Positions 39,141 to 52,600 of a DNA stretch of 64,000 nucleotides are shown piece after piece. This stretch comes from Paragordius varius (taxonomy: Eukaryota > Animalia > Nematomorpha). The position numbers were made by a program, and so were the translations under genes. The stretch's first letter is position 1, and every line of letters begins with the position of its first letter. The DNA lies in contig OZ176051.1 in assembly GCA_964247055.1 (NCBI GenBank), positions 9,548,001 through 9,612,000 of the forward strand, read 5' to 3'. The notes below the pieces were generated by a model, which saw only the letters and a list, made by a program, of their open reading frames with translations, ran no database searches and had not been told where the DNA came from.

Positions 39141-39960
39141 TGGATGTTGTGGAGCCACTTTTAGTAAAATTTACTATTATGGGATTGGACCATTTGTATT
39201 TACCTAATCTTTTTATTCAATTTAATTGTAGAATTTATCTAACTGTGAATTGGTTAATTTGACATGTCAATTTGCCTGGATTTTGCTTGCAAGTCTCTCT
39301 TATCGGGCTTTACGATTACTTATTGTTATCTTTGCCATATCTGGCATAATTGGATCGCTTGGGGGATATGCAGAGCTTGTGCAGCCGCCTGGATCTATCA
39401 CACTATACATAAGCCCCTTTTAGATTTTTAATACTTTGGCTCTTAGCTTGTTTACTATCTTATTTAATGCCTAGAATTTTGTTATTCATGCATGGAATAT
39501 TACTTGTATCGACTTATTCGTTTGAATATTTAAACATAGGTACACGAGGAATGATTGTTATTTTTAAATTAAATACAAATTTAAAAATTAAATTTCGGAA
39601 AAATCCTATTGATGGCCTCAATTTTCTTTTTTGTTTTGGCCTTTCCATGCCATTAGGTATCAGAAAATGCAAAAATAATGGGGTGGTGCAAAACATTGTT
39701 GAGCAGTGTTATTTTAATGTAATAAAAAAAAGGATATACCATTTTTCTTTCCCATGCAATATGTTTTGTATGGATTTTTTGCTATTTTATGTGGTGTAAT
39801 GATACGTTCAAGGCTTAATTTTTGTGTATTAATTTTAGTTATTGGCGTCTCGAGTGTGAATTCATTTGTGTCCTCTGTCAATATAATTATAGAGTCATTC
39901 CCAATATCTAATATATATTCGCAAATGTAATTAAATATACGATATACGCGATGCCATTCA
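39141..39960 (+). pseudogene. Fragmentary multi-pass membrane protein gene or pseudogene, identity unresolved
   Basis: Candidate exons 39141-39195 and 39232-39539 read as hydrophobic helices (CQFAWILLASLSYRALRLLIVIFAISG...SPF/RFLILWLLACLLSYLMPRILLFMHG) if one T in the 39418-39421 run is removed. Further hydrophobic fragments continue to about 39920. The resemblance to DUF4203/TMEM198-type proteins is weak and from memory. Confidence 0.3.
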
Positions 39961-42753
39961 ATCTGCTAAATACGAATTTTTAAGTATTCCTTAAAAAACT
40001 TAAAAAATCTAGATTCATCAACGATGAAAATGAATAGTTTGTGATAAAACATTAAAATTAATTCATAATATGAATCGGAATTTAAGTTATTTTTAAACTA
40101 CTTAACATAGGTCATATAAAAACTAAATAATTGTTTTTAATAATTTGAAGGAAAATTTTAAAATCAACCATTATAACACTTTTACAGGACAAGACGAAAC
40201 TGCAAAAAAATTTGGAGTGGAAAAGAAATGTAAACTTTAGCAAACAATATATAGTAAATATATGCAAAACATATCTAAATTTGTAAAACAGAAAATTTTA
40301 AAAGTCATGTTACCGTCATCTAAGGATTGTAATGCGCTTGCGGTACTTCTGTTAATCCGTTGATCAGGATAAATTTCAAAATAATTGTCTTTGTCCAATA
40401 ATAAAATACCGTTTATAAGATTCTGTTGCATAAAACTCTTAAACATGATAACAAAAATTACTCATCGGGTATGGGCCTTGCTAATATACAGAGATGTGAT
40501 ATAATTGATTGCATCCACCAACATATACCTAAAATATAAATTGGGTATTTATATAGATATGCCTGAAAATAATATATGTTAAAGGGGTGCTATAAAATTA
40601 TAAGGCGTCGTCAGCCTTTAATTATAAAAAGTTCATACAAATATTTACAATTTTTTTGAAGATAGCTTTTAACAAGCTCCGTTAAAAAAGTAATGCAAAT
40701 TCAATTTCTCTAGTGATACGGTACTAACAAGATTATAGCCGATTCCTAAAATTCCCACACCGTTTTTTTGGTTTTTTACATTGCCTCAACCGTGTTTAAC
40801 AATTCAATTTAAAATATGACAAAGTTAATGATAGCAGTATAAAAAAGGGTTTGGAACGGAACTGTAAGTTCAAACGGCTTTGAAAAAATATTTTATTTTA
40901 TTTTTTTCTATATTCCATATTTCAGTTAGTCATTAAATATTTTACTATTTTTTAAAAATGGCTCCATATTGCAATTTTTTTAACATTTCATGATCTTTTG
41001 GAGTAGTTTTATATCCCAGAGCGATTCAAAATTTAAATATCTTTGCAAGTATTTAAGTTAGTAAGCCGTTGTTATTAATATATTTCTTTAGCCCTTAACG
41101 CGCATGCTTCAAAGAATTTTTTTTAAAATTGTAAAATTGTACCATTCCTTAAATATTTTTAAATCGCTAATACAATAGGCAAATTAATGTGTATTATGCT
41201 TAAATAACTAATATTAACTTTATTAAGCTTACAGGTCACATATTACCAGCAAAAACTTGATATATTCTAATTTTAAAATAAGCCATTTATTTAAAGTGTT
41301 TTGGAGCTATGAACTATAGAAAATACAAAACTGTAAATATATAAGCTATTTCATCTAAGACAAGAGAAGAATGTTTGATAATATTTTAACTAAAATAACT
41401 TTCAACAAAGTAGTTTATAAACAAAAATAAATTCTTGGTTAAACTACCCGATGATCGCGGACAAAGAAAAGGTTATAAAGTATTAAAAAATGCAACAAAA
41501 TAAATGGATAAAAATAGAACAACGGATCAATTTTTTCGACAAAAGATTTTATTAAATATCCTTGATATAAAAATAAAAAACTAATTTGCCGTTATTGTAA
41601 CATTTAGTCCTTTTTTTAACATTTGTATGAATTCTGTACAATTATTATCGTGGTGCCTATATTTTTTAGTTACATATGCATAATTGGGTGAATTAAATAT
41701 TCTTTAAACTCAAAAGAAATATTGTGACAAAGTTTTAAGACGCATTTGTAGTGGAGGCAAAGTTACAAGCAAATTACTTTAATGTCTTTTTGCCGTCCTT
41801 TGTCGGAACTTGAGGGTAATTATATGTAGATTTATCTTTTTGTTTTAATTGTCCATCAAATATACAATTTTATTGAAATGCAAATATCATATATTTATAC
41901 GCTTAGGTATTTACGATTTACAGAAAATCCTTAAGATGTATGATTGTGTTTATTTGTTTGTTTTATGGGAATATTTCGGCTTTTTAAATGTATATAAAAT
42001 AAATTATGATTTATTATCTGCAGAATGATATTTATGGATAAATGGTCGTTTATTAACGCTTGAATTTTATGGGTTGTTGATGAAAAATTCCTAAAACAAA
42101 TAAAAATGCTTTACATTTTATGTGTCAAAAACATATAAATGAAGAGAATTTTAATCGGATACAATATGGTCAATTAAATCCGAATCTGTAAAGTGCATTG
42201 GAAAACCGGTTAAATTTAAAAATTCATATGATTATTCTACAAAGTTATCAATGTAGTATTCAAAAAGTAAGAACATATTTTATAACATAATTTTAATTTT
42301 TAAATCGCAATTTCAAGAATTTGGGTTGGATTGATTGTCGAAAAAACCTGACCCTGCAAATCAGACACTTTTAAACATATATATTCATGTCACCTAAATC
42401 CAAAATAATTATCTAAATAAATTTAGGGTAAATATATCGGACACCCATTTAAGTTATAAGTTTACATTTGCATGTTTAATACATTGTAAAATTGTTAGTA
42501 CTTTATATAATGATTTTACTGAGGCAAAACTTAAAATAGAAGATACGGAAAATAAAAACGATTGGAAAACAACAATAAAACTTATCAATCAGCAACCTTC
42601 AACTCTGAAAATCAACAGTGATGATATAAAGTTAAATCAATTAGCATAATGCAAATTATTAAGATTTGTTTTAAATTTACACTAAAAATAAGATCAAAAC
42701 AACGGTAGTATACTATAATTAAGGAAACCGTATTTAAACCCAGTATACTATAA

Positions 42754-42932
42754 ATCAGGCGTACCAACACAAATATTTTAAATAACTTTTAGGTTTTTTT
42801 ATATAAGCTCAATTTTGGAGAATATATCTTCTAAATAATTGTAAATTTTTGATTGAAATAAATTTTTTATTTTTTTAACATCTTTTAGTTTAGAGCCATT
42901 TTGCGTACCGAACAAAGTGTGTTGGACATTCC
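42754..42932. mobile_element. Degenerate hAT-type MITE
   Basis: CAGGCGTACCAACAC ... GTGTTGGACATTCCTG inverted ends. Confidence 0.45.
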
Positions 42933-44689
42933 TGCTATAAATGATGGTTTAAATGTGATTGTAGTTACAATTAAACTACGAACTTAACAAATTATATTCA
43001 AAAAAATGTACTAAAGGCTTTATATGAAATATGAATATACTTAAAAAATTATTAGATAAATATAGCGGTTTATAAGCAAACTAATCATAGCGGTATCTTT
43101 TGTTACCAATAATTAAAAAAAATATTATATCATACTTGCCATTAACAATGAATATTTACTCCAATGAATCATGACAACAAATATTAAACAAATTGGTGGA
43201 TATGTTTGTTATTATTAACAATTTTAAAATATGGATTGAAAAGAAACACCCTGGTCTTTAAAAATATACGTTAAAGTTGGTATGTCAATCTGTACTATAT
43301 ACTTGTATCATTATTAGTCAGACAATAAAATCTCAAAAAAAATTGTTTGTGGCAATGTTAGAAAAAGTTTTTTTTCAGAAGGTATTCTTTTTATGCATAA
43401 ATTTATTATGTTGCTTTTAGACCCAATTAATAATGGGAGGTGAAGTAAGGCTGTATGATATGGTGTATATTATTTGATATAGTGATAGAGATGAGACTTT
43501 CCAACAACATAAAATTAGTTTCTGCTAACTTATTTTATTTATTAAAAAATGCCTTAAAGGAAAAATCTAGATTAACGTCATCATAGATTCGATTGTGTTT
43601 TTCAAAATTGACTGACTATTCACTTACTTGGTATGACTTTAGAAAAAATACATAAATAGATGACTTATAACAAATCCTTCATCTAAGTAATGTCTTAAGA
43701 TAAGGTATTAATTTGTTTGTTTTAATTAATTACATTACACAGTACAGGAGAAGGATAGGACATATAATGAGACAAATATTTCAAAAATTTTGTCCACACG
43801 AAAACATGTAAACCCACATTTTTTAGACATTTACGTTGCGGTTAGAATAAGATGAATTAACTAAGACGCGACAAAATTCTTCATTAAATTTTTCTAAACG
43901 CAAAATTCACCATAATAACAAATAGAGACATAGAATTCATTCTACTTAATAAACATGTTTCCAGTATTATTAATGAATCAAAACATATCTGTCGTGTTTG
44001 AATTATATCACATACATTATTTTATTTTTACAGAATATTTTTATAAAACTGTGCGAGCGATAAAAGTGGTAAAATTAATGATTATGAGTTTATATCTATG
44101 ATGAATATCAAAATGAAAAATTTGGGTAAAAATATTAGAAAAAAATGTTTTAATTTTTGTGTAAAATCGAATACATTTCCCCACCTTTTATATATTACAT
44201 AGAAGAAAACGAGTCAGTTATATTTTATTTGATATGAATATGTATTATAAAGATTATTCAAATAGCAAATTATCATTTTTAAATTGGACCTGCCGAAAAA
44301 TGCATTGCGTGTGAAAATTCCAAAACGTTTGTCAATAAAAAATTCATTAAATTGTCAACTAATTATTTATTTATTAAAATTAGCGAACAAACCTCTTAAC
44401 ATGCTGTACATAATTTAATTAAATACAAAGTATAAAAAACATCATTCTTTATTTTAATAACTAGATTAACGCTTTGGCTAACTTGTTTTAATTCGATCAT
44501 TGATAATAAAAATTTTAAACTTGAGAAGATAGAGATTTGAAATAAAATAACAGATTTATATGATTAAGTTGAGAAATAGTTATAACATTTCATCCAAACG
44601 CACATTTTTATAAGCAAAGAAAACTAAAAAAATTGCTGTGTATGCTTGAAAAAATGTTGCTTTTGATTGAAAATACATTTCAGCTAAAC

Positions 44690-44750
44690 GGGGTGCAAAG
44701 TCCGACTCCCACCTCCGCGTGGTGCACCCTGGTTATACCAACGGGAGCGG
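44690..44750 (+). ncRNA. HDV-like self-cleaving ribozyme (minimal, P4-less) forming the 5' end of the LINE
   Basis: P1 GGGGUGC(44690-96)/GCACCCU(44724-30) with a G1-U wobble; P2 CUCCC(44706-10)/GGGAG(44743-47), extendable by CCG/CGG; P3 ACC/GGU; L3 UCCGCGU; P1.1 CC/GG(44731-32); J4/2 CCAAC with the putative catalytic C at 44738. Confidence 0.82.
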
Positions 44751-47700
44751 CAAAGGAAAGAAATCATCTGTGTGGGGTGAGGTGGAAAAAATAAACTACC
44801 ATTATTTTTTCCTATAAAATACCACAATACCTGCATTCACACAGATGATAAAGTGGGTTTATCTGGCGCTATAACCAGTTGCTAGAAACAACCAATTTGT
44901 AATATATGTAATCGGGGATGGAACTCCGTAAGCCCAGAAAGGCAATTCCATAGGTCAGGGACACCGAAATAGTCTCTTGATTTGCAAAGGCATGCAAATT
45001 GTAAAACAATCGCCTTAATCATACCGTATATGAAAATAATGAATGAATTGACAACACTTTTAAACAATGATATATATTTTAAAAATGATAATATTAATCT
45101 TACAAATAATTTTATTAATGATATTAATATATGTGATAATCTTAATTTTGATAATAATATTAATTTACATGATAACAATATTAATGCTCTCCTAAAAAAC
45201 CACAAACATCAAAAAACACCCAACAATATGGTAAAACCACTTAAGATCGGCACTTGGAATATCTCGACGCTAGTCGGTAGATCAAACTTAGTTATCGACC
45301 AAATAAAAGAGAAAAACATTGACATCTGTTGCCTCCAGGAAACCAGATATAAATCTGAGGGAAAGCTGAATATAGACAACTATACAATTTTCTACAAAGG
45401 TCAAATGAAAGGCCAACATGGAGTGGCTATAGCTATTAAAAATGAATATTGTGATAATATAATAGAAGTAAACAGACACAACGAAAGAATTATCCAAATA
45501 CGTATCGGCTTTAAAAAACAAATTCTTAACATACTTTCCATCTATGCTCCCCAGTCTGGATTAAGCGAAGCAACCAAACAAGCCTTTTGGAACCAACTAT
45601 ACGACATTTCCCATGCAATACCTCCAAATGACAAAATTTTTATAGGTGGAGATTTCAATTCCCACGTTGGCACTAATGGTCAAGACTATATGAGAATACA
45701 TGGAGGAAACGCTTTTGGCAGCCGTAACAAAGAAGGTGATACATTATTAGAATACTGCGCATCTCTTAGACTTACTATCTGCAATACCCTCTTCACGAAA
45801 CCAGCAAAGAAATTAATAACTTATACAAGTGGTAATCAAAATTCTATGGTAGACTACATTTTAACACCCATTCAAGATAGAAAATTTATTAAAGACTCTA
45901 AAACATACCTTACTGACACACAACATAAATTAATTGTAGCTAAATAACAATAAACAAATCCCATTACCATAGTAACCAGAAACCTAAAATAAACTTAGAA
46001 AAACTACACCTTCCTGATCTTAAACTTCAACTCTCAGAAACTGTCAATGCATCGCTTAGCCTCAACCACAAAACATCTGAACAAGCTTGGGATAATTTTA
46101 AAAACAGCATCATCCCAAATGTGATTAATTGTTGTGGCAGAAAGAAAATATACAGGAAAAAACAACAATCAAATTTGTGGTGGTCAGAATCCATAAAACC
46201 TTTAATTAAAATTAAACGCAATAACTATAAAAGATGGAAACAAACAAAAGATAAAAGAGACTTGGAATCATATATCAAATCAAATAAAAATTTACAACAA
46301 GCCATCAATATTTCAGCCAACAAAAAAGCTTTGGATTTAGCTAAAAAATTAGAACAAGACATGAAAAATCTTAAGATTTTTCGAACAAAAAATTCAGTTA
46401 ACAATAATAAAAAGGACATTAAACAAATTTCCTATATTAAAGATAAAGATCAACAACTAGTAACTGAGTGAAGTGACATAAGCAATGTCTGGACAACGTA
46501 TTATAAAAAACAATTTGCACAAAAACATGATTTTGAAACAATAAACCAACCACCAGCAATTGGTCCTCGACCATTGATAACAACAGACGATGTAAGAGAT
46601 GCCTTGGCCAAGATGAAAAATAACAAAGCTACAGGTCCATCTGAACTCAGCTGTGACATGATCAAAGCTTTACCACAATGCATTAAACATTTAACTAACA
46701 TATTCAATCTAATCTTATCAACGAATCGTATCCCTAATGATTGGTCAAAAAGCACCATCATACCCATTTATAAAAACAAGGACATACTCGTTTGTTCCTC
46801 CTACAGACCACTAAAGTTGTTGGAACACCCGTTAAAATTTTTTGAATCCATTATTGAATCAAAACTAAGATCAATCGTTAGTATACAGGAATCACAATAT
46901 GCCTATAAACCAAACAGTAGCACAATTGATGCAATCTTCATTTTGAGAAGATTGCAAGAGAACTATTTAGCGAAAAATAAAAAACTATATCATGTTTTTA
47001 TTGATTTACAAAGGCCTTTGATTGTATCCCCAGGAAGTTGATCACATTCACACTACGAGCCAATAATGTAGATGATTGGATAATTAAATCAATAGAAATG
47101 ATGTACTACAAAACAACAAACTGCGTCAGATTTACACTAGGTAACTTTTGTTCCAAACGAATCTGGTCTTCATCAAGGCTCCATCCTAAGCCCTCTACTC
47201 TTCATTTTAATAATGAATTACCTAACAAAAGATATAAAACAAGGCCCACCATGGGAACTTATCTATGCGGACGACATTGTCCTCACCGCAACATCAATGG
47301 AAGCATTAAATCAAAAGTACAACACATGGAAATCACACTTAGAAAAGGGTGGAATGAATATAAATATAAGCAAAACAAAGGTGATGATAACGGGTGAAAC
47401 TGTATATGAACGACCTAAGTTTCCATGTGGAGTATGTGATTTAGATGTTAAACTCAATTCAATCCTATGTACATCATGCAATAAGTGGGTACACAAAAAG
47501 TGCTCGCTTATAAAAGGAAAATTAATCAACAATGACAAATTTATATGTGAATCATGTAAAAATAAAACAATAAATCACTAATCCACTTCCCTAAATTACG
47601 TTTATATGGCAGACACCAAAATCGAATTGGTGAATAACTTCAAATACTTGGGCGATGTCATACATTGCCTAGGTGGAATAAACCAATCAGTTAAATATAG

Positions 47701-48205
47701 ATCCCAACAAGCTTGGGTAAAATATCATCAACTTAAATTTGTCCTCAAAAATAAACACATATCAGCAAAAAACAAAGGTTTGATTTACAAAGCCGGCATA
47801 CGTCCCATACTCCTGTATGGTTGCGAAACGTGGCCGATGACAGATTCAATCGAGAAAAAACTAATAAACTTAGAAAAACGGATACTAAATTTATTCCAAC
47901 CCAATAGGTCAAATTCAAATTTACATCAACTGTACCAAATTGAACCTTTAAATGTCATGCTCAGAAAAAATAGGCTTAGATATTTCGGACACATCAAACG
48001 TGCTCCAGAACAATGGACAAATAAAATTTTATCCCTACATCCCGAAGGTAACAATCGCAGGGGCAGACCAACATTCAACTGGGAAAAAACAATAAATAAT
48101 GATTTAAGTGTTGCCAACATTGATGATAACGCCTGGCAGGATCGCAAATATTACAGACAGCTTCTATACGGATACAATGGCTAGCCATTACACAAAGACG
48201 ATACA
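44690..48205 (+). mobile_element. Full-length RTE-clade LINE (3516 bp): APE endonuclease, RT and PHD-like finger; ORF broken by indels and stops
   Basis: Perfect 15-bp TSD ACATTTCAGCTAAAC at 44675-44689 and 48206-48220. EN motifs IGTWNI, CLQET, IYAPQ, GGDFNSHVG, SMVDYIL; RT motifs KATGP, YRPLKLL, FIDL, GLHQGS, IYADD; C-terminal RRGRP...W with TAG at 48184. Confidence 0.95.
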
Positions 48206-49670
48206 ACATTTCAGCTAAACCTCAATTAAAATCATCATCTTTGAACACTTGAAATAAATTTCTCGCTAAAATATTATATTTTAATCAAATTCCTTTAATT
48301 TTTAGATGTTATTGCATCATAGTCTTTGTTATATAATATAGGCCAATTTTAATTCTATAAATAGTTTTCGTAATAAATTAAATCATTTTTAATTATATCA
48401 ATAATAATCAATGTAATATGCAATTTATTATATTTGTAAGTAAATTATGGAAAATAAGCGATTTATAGTATAGTATGATTTTAAATTAAACTAATTCCAA
48501 TGTAGGCAAGCTTTATTGTCCATGTCTACATATATAATACAAGATGTGTTGGTTCCCATATGAAAGGTAAATTTTCCTAATAAGTATAATAGACATAAGG
48601 ATATATTGTCACATATATATATGAAAACTATAAATTGCAATCCAACTTATGTCTTCTTTCATTGACATAGAGAATTTACAATTTGATTTGTTATTCAGTT
48701 TAATATTTTAACATTCCAACAATAACTTTGTAATTCATATTCAAATTTTTATAATAATAACTCATAAAATATACAGGCCAAATAATATAAAGAGTTAAGA
48801 CTTAACAATTTATTGCGATTACTTATCTATAACAATACAGTAAAAATTGAAATTATAGGGACAAAATGTAAAAATATAAAAACAATTTTTTTTTCAAAAG
48901 ACAAATAATTATTTTAAGTCATTGTAAACTGTAAAGTTTTATATATAATATATACTGGCAACACAATCAATTACATATTTTACGATTGTTATTAAATGGT
49001 TTTAATAGGAAAATTTAAGGTTTAAAAAAGTATGGTTATCTTTTGAAAAATATTTGTCTTTATATTTCTATGCCTATTTTAAGAGTGTAAAAATTTATAT
49101 TGAAACTAATATTATAAAGAGCTAATTTTTAATTAATTTAAAAAGAATCCACTAAAAACGCCTCTAAGAAAAAGCTTTCACGATTATTCTTAGCCATAAT
49201 ACTGATGAGTTTACCTTAGAAATCTTTATATTTATACACTTCTTTTAACTTAATAATATATGGTAGATGGTAAAAAATAGGTTATTGTTGTTATTCAAGG
49301 GTTATTATATCGTTTTTTATGATTATTTAACATAAAAAAATTAATTTTGATTTTGGCCTAAATTAATAGTATCAGTTTTCTTTTTCTTCTTGTTAACGCA
49401 ACAAAATTTTAATGATTATATATTTATGATTTTTTTTTAAAAAAATAAGAACAATCGGATGCATGAGCCAAAAACTATTCGAACAAACCCGTTTTTAAAA
49501 CTGCTTTAATTGCCCATTGATTAAAAACAATTTTAATATATTTTTATTTATTTATTAATATTCATGTATATTAATGAAATGGTACTGTTAATTTTTAAAA
49601 AGTATTTTTCTAAAAACAGTTCCAAAGTTTGTTCTATTTTAAATGTTGACAAATCATAAATTTTATATTT

Positions 49671-52600
49671 TTATTTTACAAGACAGACATTTATTTTATT
49701 GAAAAAACCTGCAGAAAATGCGCGAATATCTTGATTCGTGCTAAATTTTGTTAAAATTTTACAGTGTGGATGTTGAAAAATGTATATGGTGCCTTCCCAA
49801 GAACAAAAAACAAATGCATGGTCAGAACCTATATCTGAATCCTTACCGCAAACATTTAAAGGGTTTTCTGGCACAAATTTTATTCCCATAAGTGTTTCAT
49901 TGCCCAAATTTAGTGAAGCGATGCAATGGTCCTCTTTTATTAAATGGACATCACCTAAAAAATTATATTAATATAAAATATATTTTAGCCATATATTAGG
50001 AATGTTATTAAACTTGATTAAATAACATTATTTTGTCGTAAAAATAAAAAAAACATTTAATACAAACATTTACAGCCAGCATTTTTTGCAAATTTATCTA
50101 AAACGGCAAAAAAGATGAAATTATAATAAAAAACATTATAGGCCTATACTATTCAATAAGTGAACCATTATTCAAGTTTTTAGTTGAAACATTATGAGAA
50201 ATTAACAACTATTTTATGATTCAAAAACTTTCATCAATTTTTGTGAAATATTTAAAATTGTCAGTCTAATAACTATTTGGTACTTTTAGTATTTTTAAAA
50301 TAAATATATATGATTATACCGCGCTCTGTAAAAATCCTTTTATTTTAGTTACTAACGAACCATGCTTAAAAAAATAATAATAATGTTTTATGATAATTAT
50401 AGTCATTTTTATAGGGGAAAACCAAAAAAGTCGCACTGTAAATTTTGACCCATTAACTTATAGAATCAAATTTCTAGAAAATTTATATATTCTTGACCAA
50501 TTTTTATATATGTTAGTGATACATATCAACAATTTTCGTGTTCATTATTTGCAAAAAATAACGGCATCTTTATCCATAACTTAAACACATAAACATTAGA
50601 TTTAATTAATATGTGATTTTTTTTCAAATTAGTTTTCAAATTATAATCTTCCTATTGAAAAACAAAAACTAAGATACAAGATTGGAAATTAAATTATTGG
50701 AATGGCAGAAAAAATTTTTTAGATTCAGTGTGGTGTTAAGAATTATCCAATAATTATCCTTTACCAATATAAAAAATGCAAGATTATAAAATAATTTTTT
50801 GTTAAATATTTAATTAAAACAAGGTGGATGATTCCCATATCAATTGTATCAATTACGCTAGACAACAAATTTTGACTTTTTAACTGCTATTCTTTAAATT
50901 TATATATTTCATTAAAGTACATAAATAGTTTTTCTGAAAATAAAATTGGTCTATCTTAATTTTTTTATTAGGGTGTATCGAAAATTTTTGGCTCCGATTT
51001 AAATTGAACAAAATTTTCAAAATTAACAGTTTTAGATATAGAGCCATATATTGTATATCATTCGAAAGAGCGCGTACTGTATCTTTCGAATGGTAGTTAG
51101 GCATTTAAAACAAGACGTAAAAGTTAATTGGGTTTATGTGGTCAAAATTTTCTAATTTATACAGACAGACTAATTTAAATATCGTGTAATTAAATATAAT
51201 TATTGGGGTTACATTATTATAAATTCTAAAAAAACCTTTGATAATGCTTTTGCTTTGCTTTTAATAAAAATTATTTAAGAAATTATTTTACCTAGTGGAT
51301 ACTAAAATGCGTAGTTACTGTAAATTTATAACATAATTATAAAAGATCAAAAATACCTTAATCTATATTTCTAGTCTTAAAAATTAGAAATTATAAGCTT
51401 TTCAAAGAATAATTAATTTTTATGCGATGGTAATTTTTTAAAAACAAGAAACTTAAAAATGGTTGTTTTGAAAGATATTAAAGCAAAATGTAAGTGTTTT
51501 AATTGAAAAAACTTTCTTGTGTTATCTTTTTTGGACATTCATTGCCATCTAAACAAAGTTTGAGCTATATTCATCCATTAATTTTAAAAATACAATCAGG
51601 AAAATACTCCTTCGCACGTTTTTCGCTTCTTATGTCCAATATTAACTATCAATATAAAAAATATTAGTATGCATCTTATAGAGTCTTTATTAATCTTTCG
51701 AATGATATATTTCAAATAAGCATTTCTTTATTTTCAAAGAAAAACGTTTTTTATTAAAATTTGATAGAGACATAATCCTAAAAAATCAAATTATAAAAAT
51801 TCTTAGGTGGAATTGTATTTTTATTTCAGATTAACTCTTAAAATGATAGTAAATATCAGAAAATGCAAAAAATGGAGTGGCCGAAAAAATGTTGTCTAGT
51901 GTTATGAATTAAATCATATAGTTGTTAACAAATGCTAATTATTTATGAGTAATCCTGAATGTTTAAATATGAATCAATGGCCTAAAATTTATAAGTTTTG
52001 AGTTTATTTAATAAAGCGAACAGCGACACATTTGATAAAAAAGATGCATAACAACTCAAATATTTCAAAAAGCTAAGAGCGTATATATATCAAAAATATG
52101 AAAAACGACGCTTAGATTTATCATATTCAATAATTAGCCTTCTGCAGTATCTTACTTATGTTCTTAAACAAAATCTTAAATTTTTAAATATTACCATTTT
52201 GATTTATCATTACTAAATAATTGTAGATCTGATCTTTAGTATATGTGGATATATCTGGAATTTGGCTAGAACAAATTTCGGAGGATAAATTGGTTGATTG
52301 CGATATTTTATTATCGATATTTATGTATTTTATTGGGGCATTTTGAGATTTCTGTTCTTCAAAATAAGTTTCTTGCTCAGAAATTTTTTCCAGAGACTCG
52401 TTATTATGTAAATAATCATTGGTACTTAAAACCACATAAGAATTATTAGGTTGTGAACAAAGCAACCTAACTTTATTGGATGATTTCTCGAACTCTAACA
52501 ATTTGTTTTCGCAATAGATTGGTAAAAGGTCAAACGAAACATTTCCAATCTGTTTAATCAACTCCCATTTATGTAAGGCTAAGAACTTTCCATTGCAATA

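Noticed and set aside
49202-49225. CTGATGAG...GAAA hammerhead-like core
   Set aside because: Stem II lacks the closing G-C pair and no stems I or III can be formed.
40480-49673. Stop-codon reassignment to explain in-frame TAA/TAG in the plexin-like relic and the ITFG2 tail
   Set aside because: CHS-B and syndecan end at TAA and CUL4 ends at TAG exactly where homologues end, so the standard code applies.
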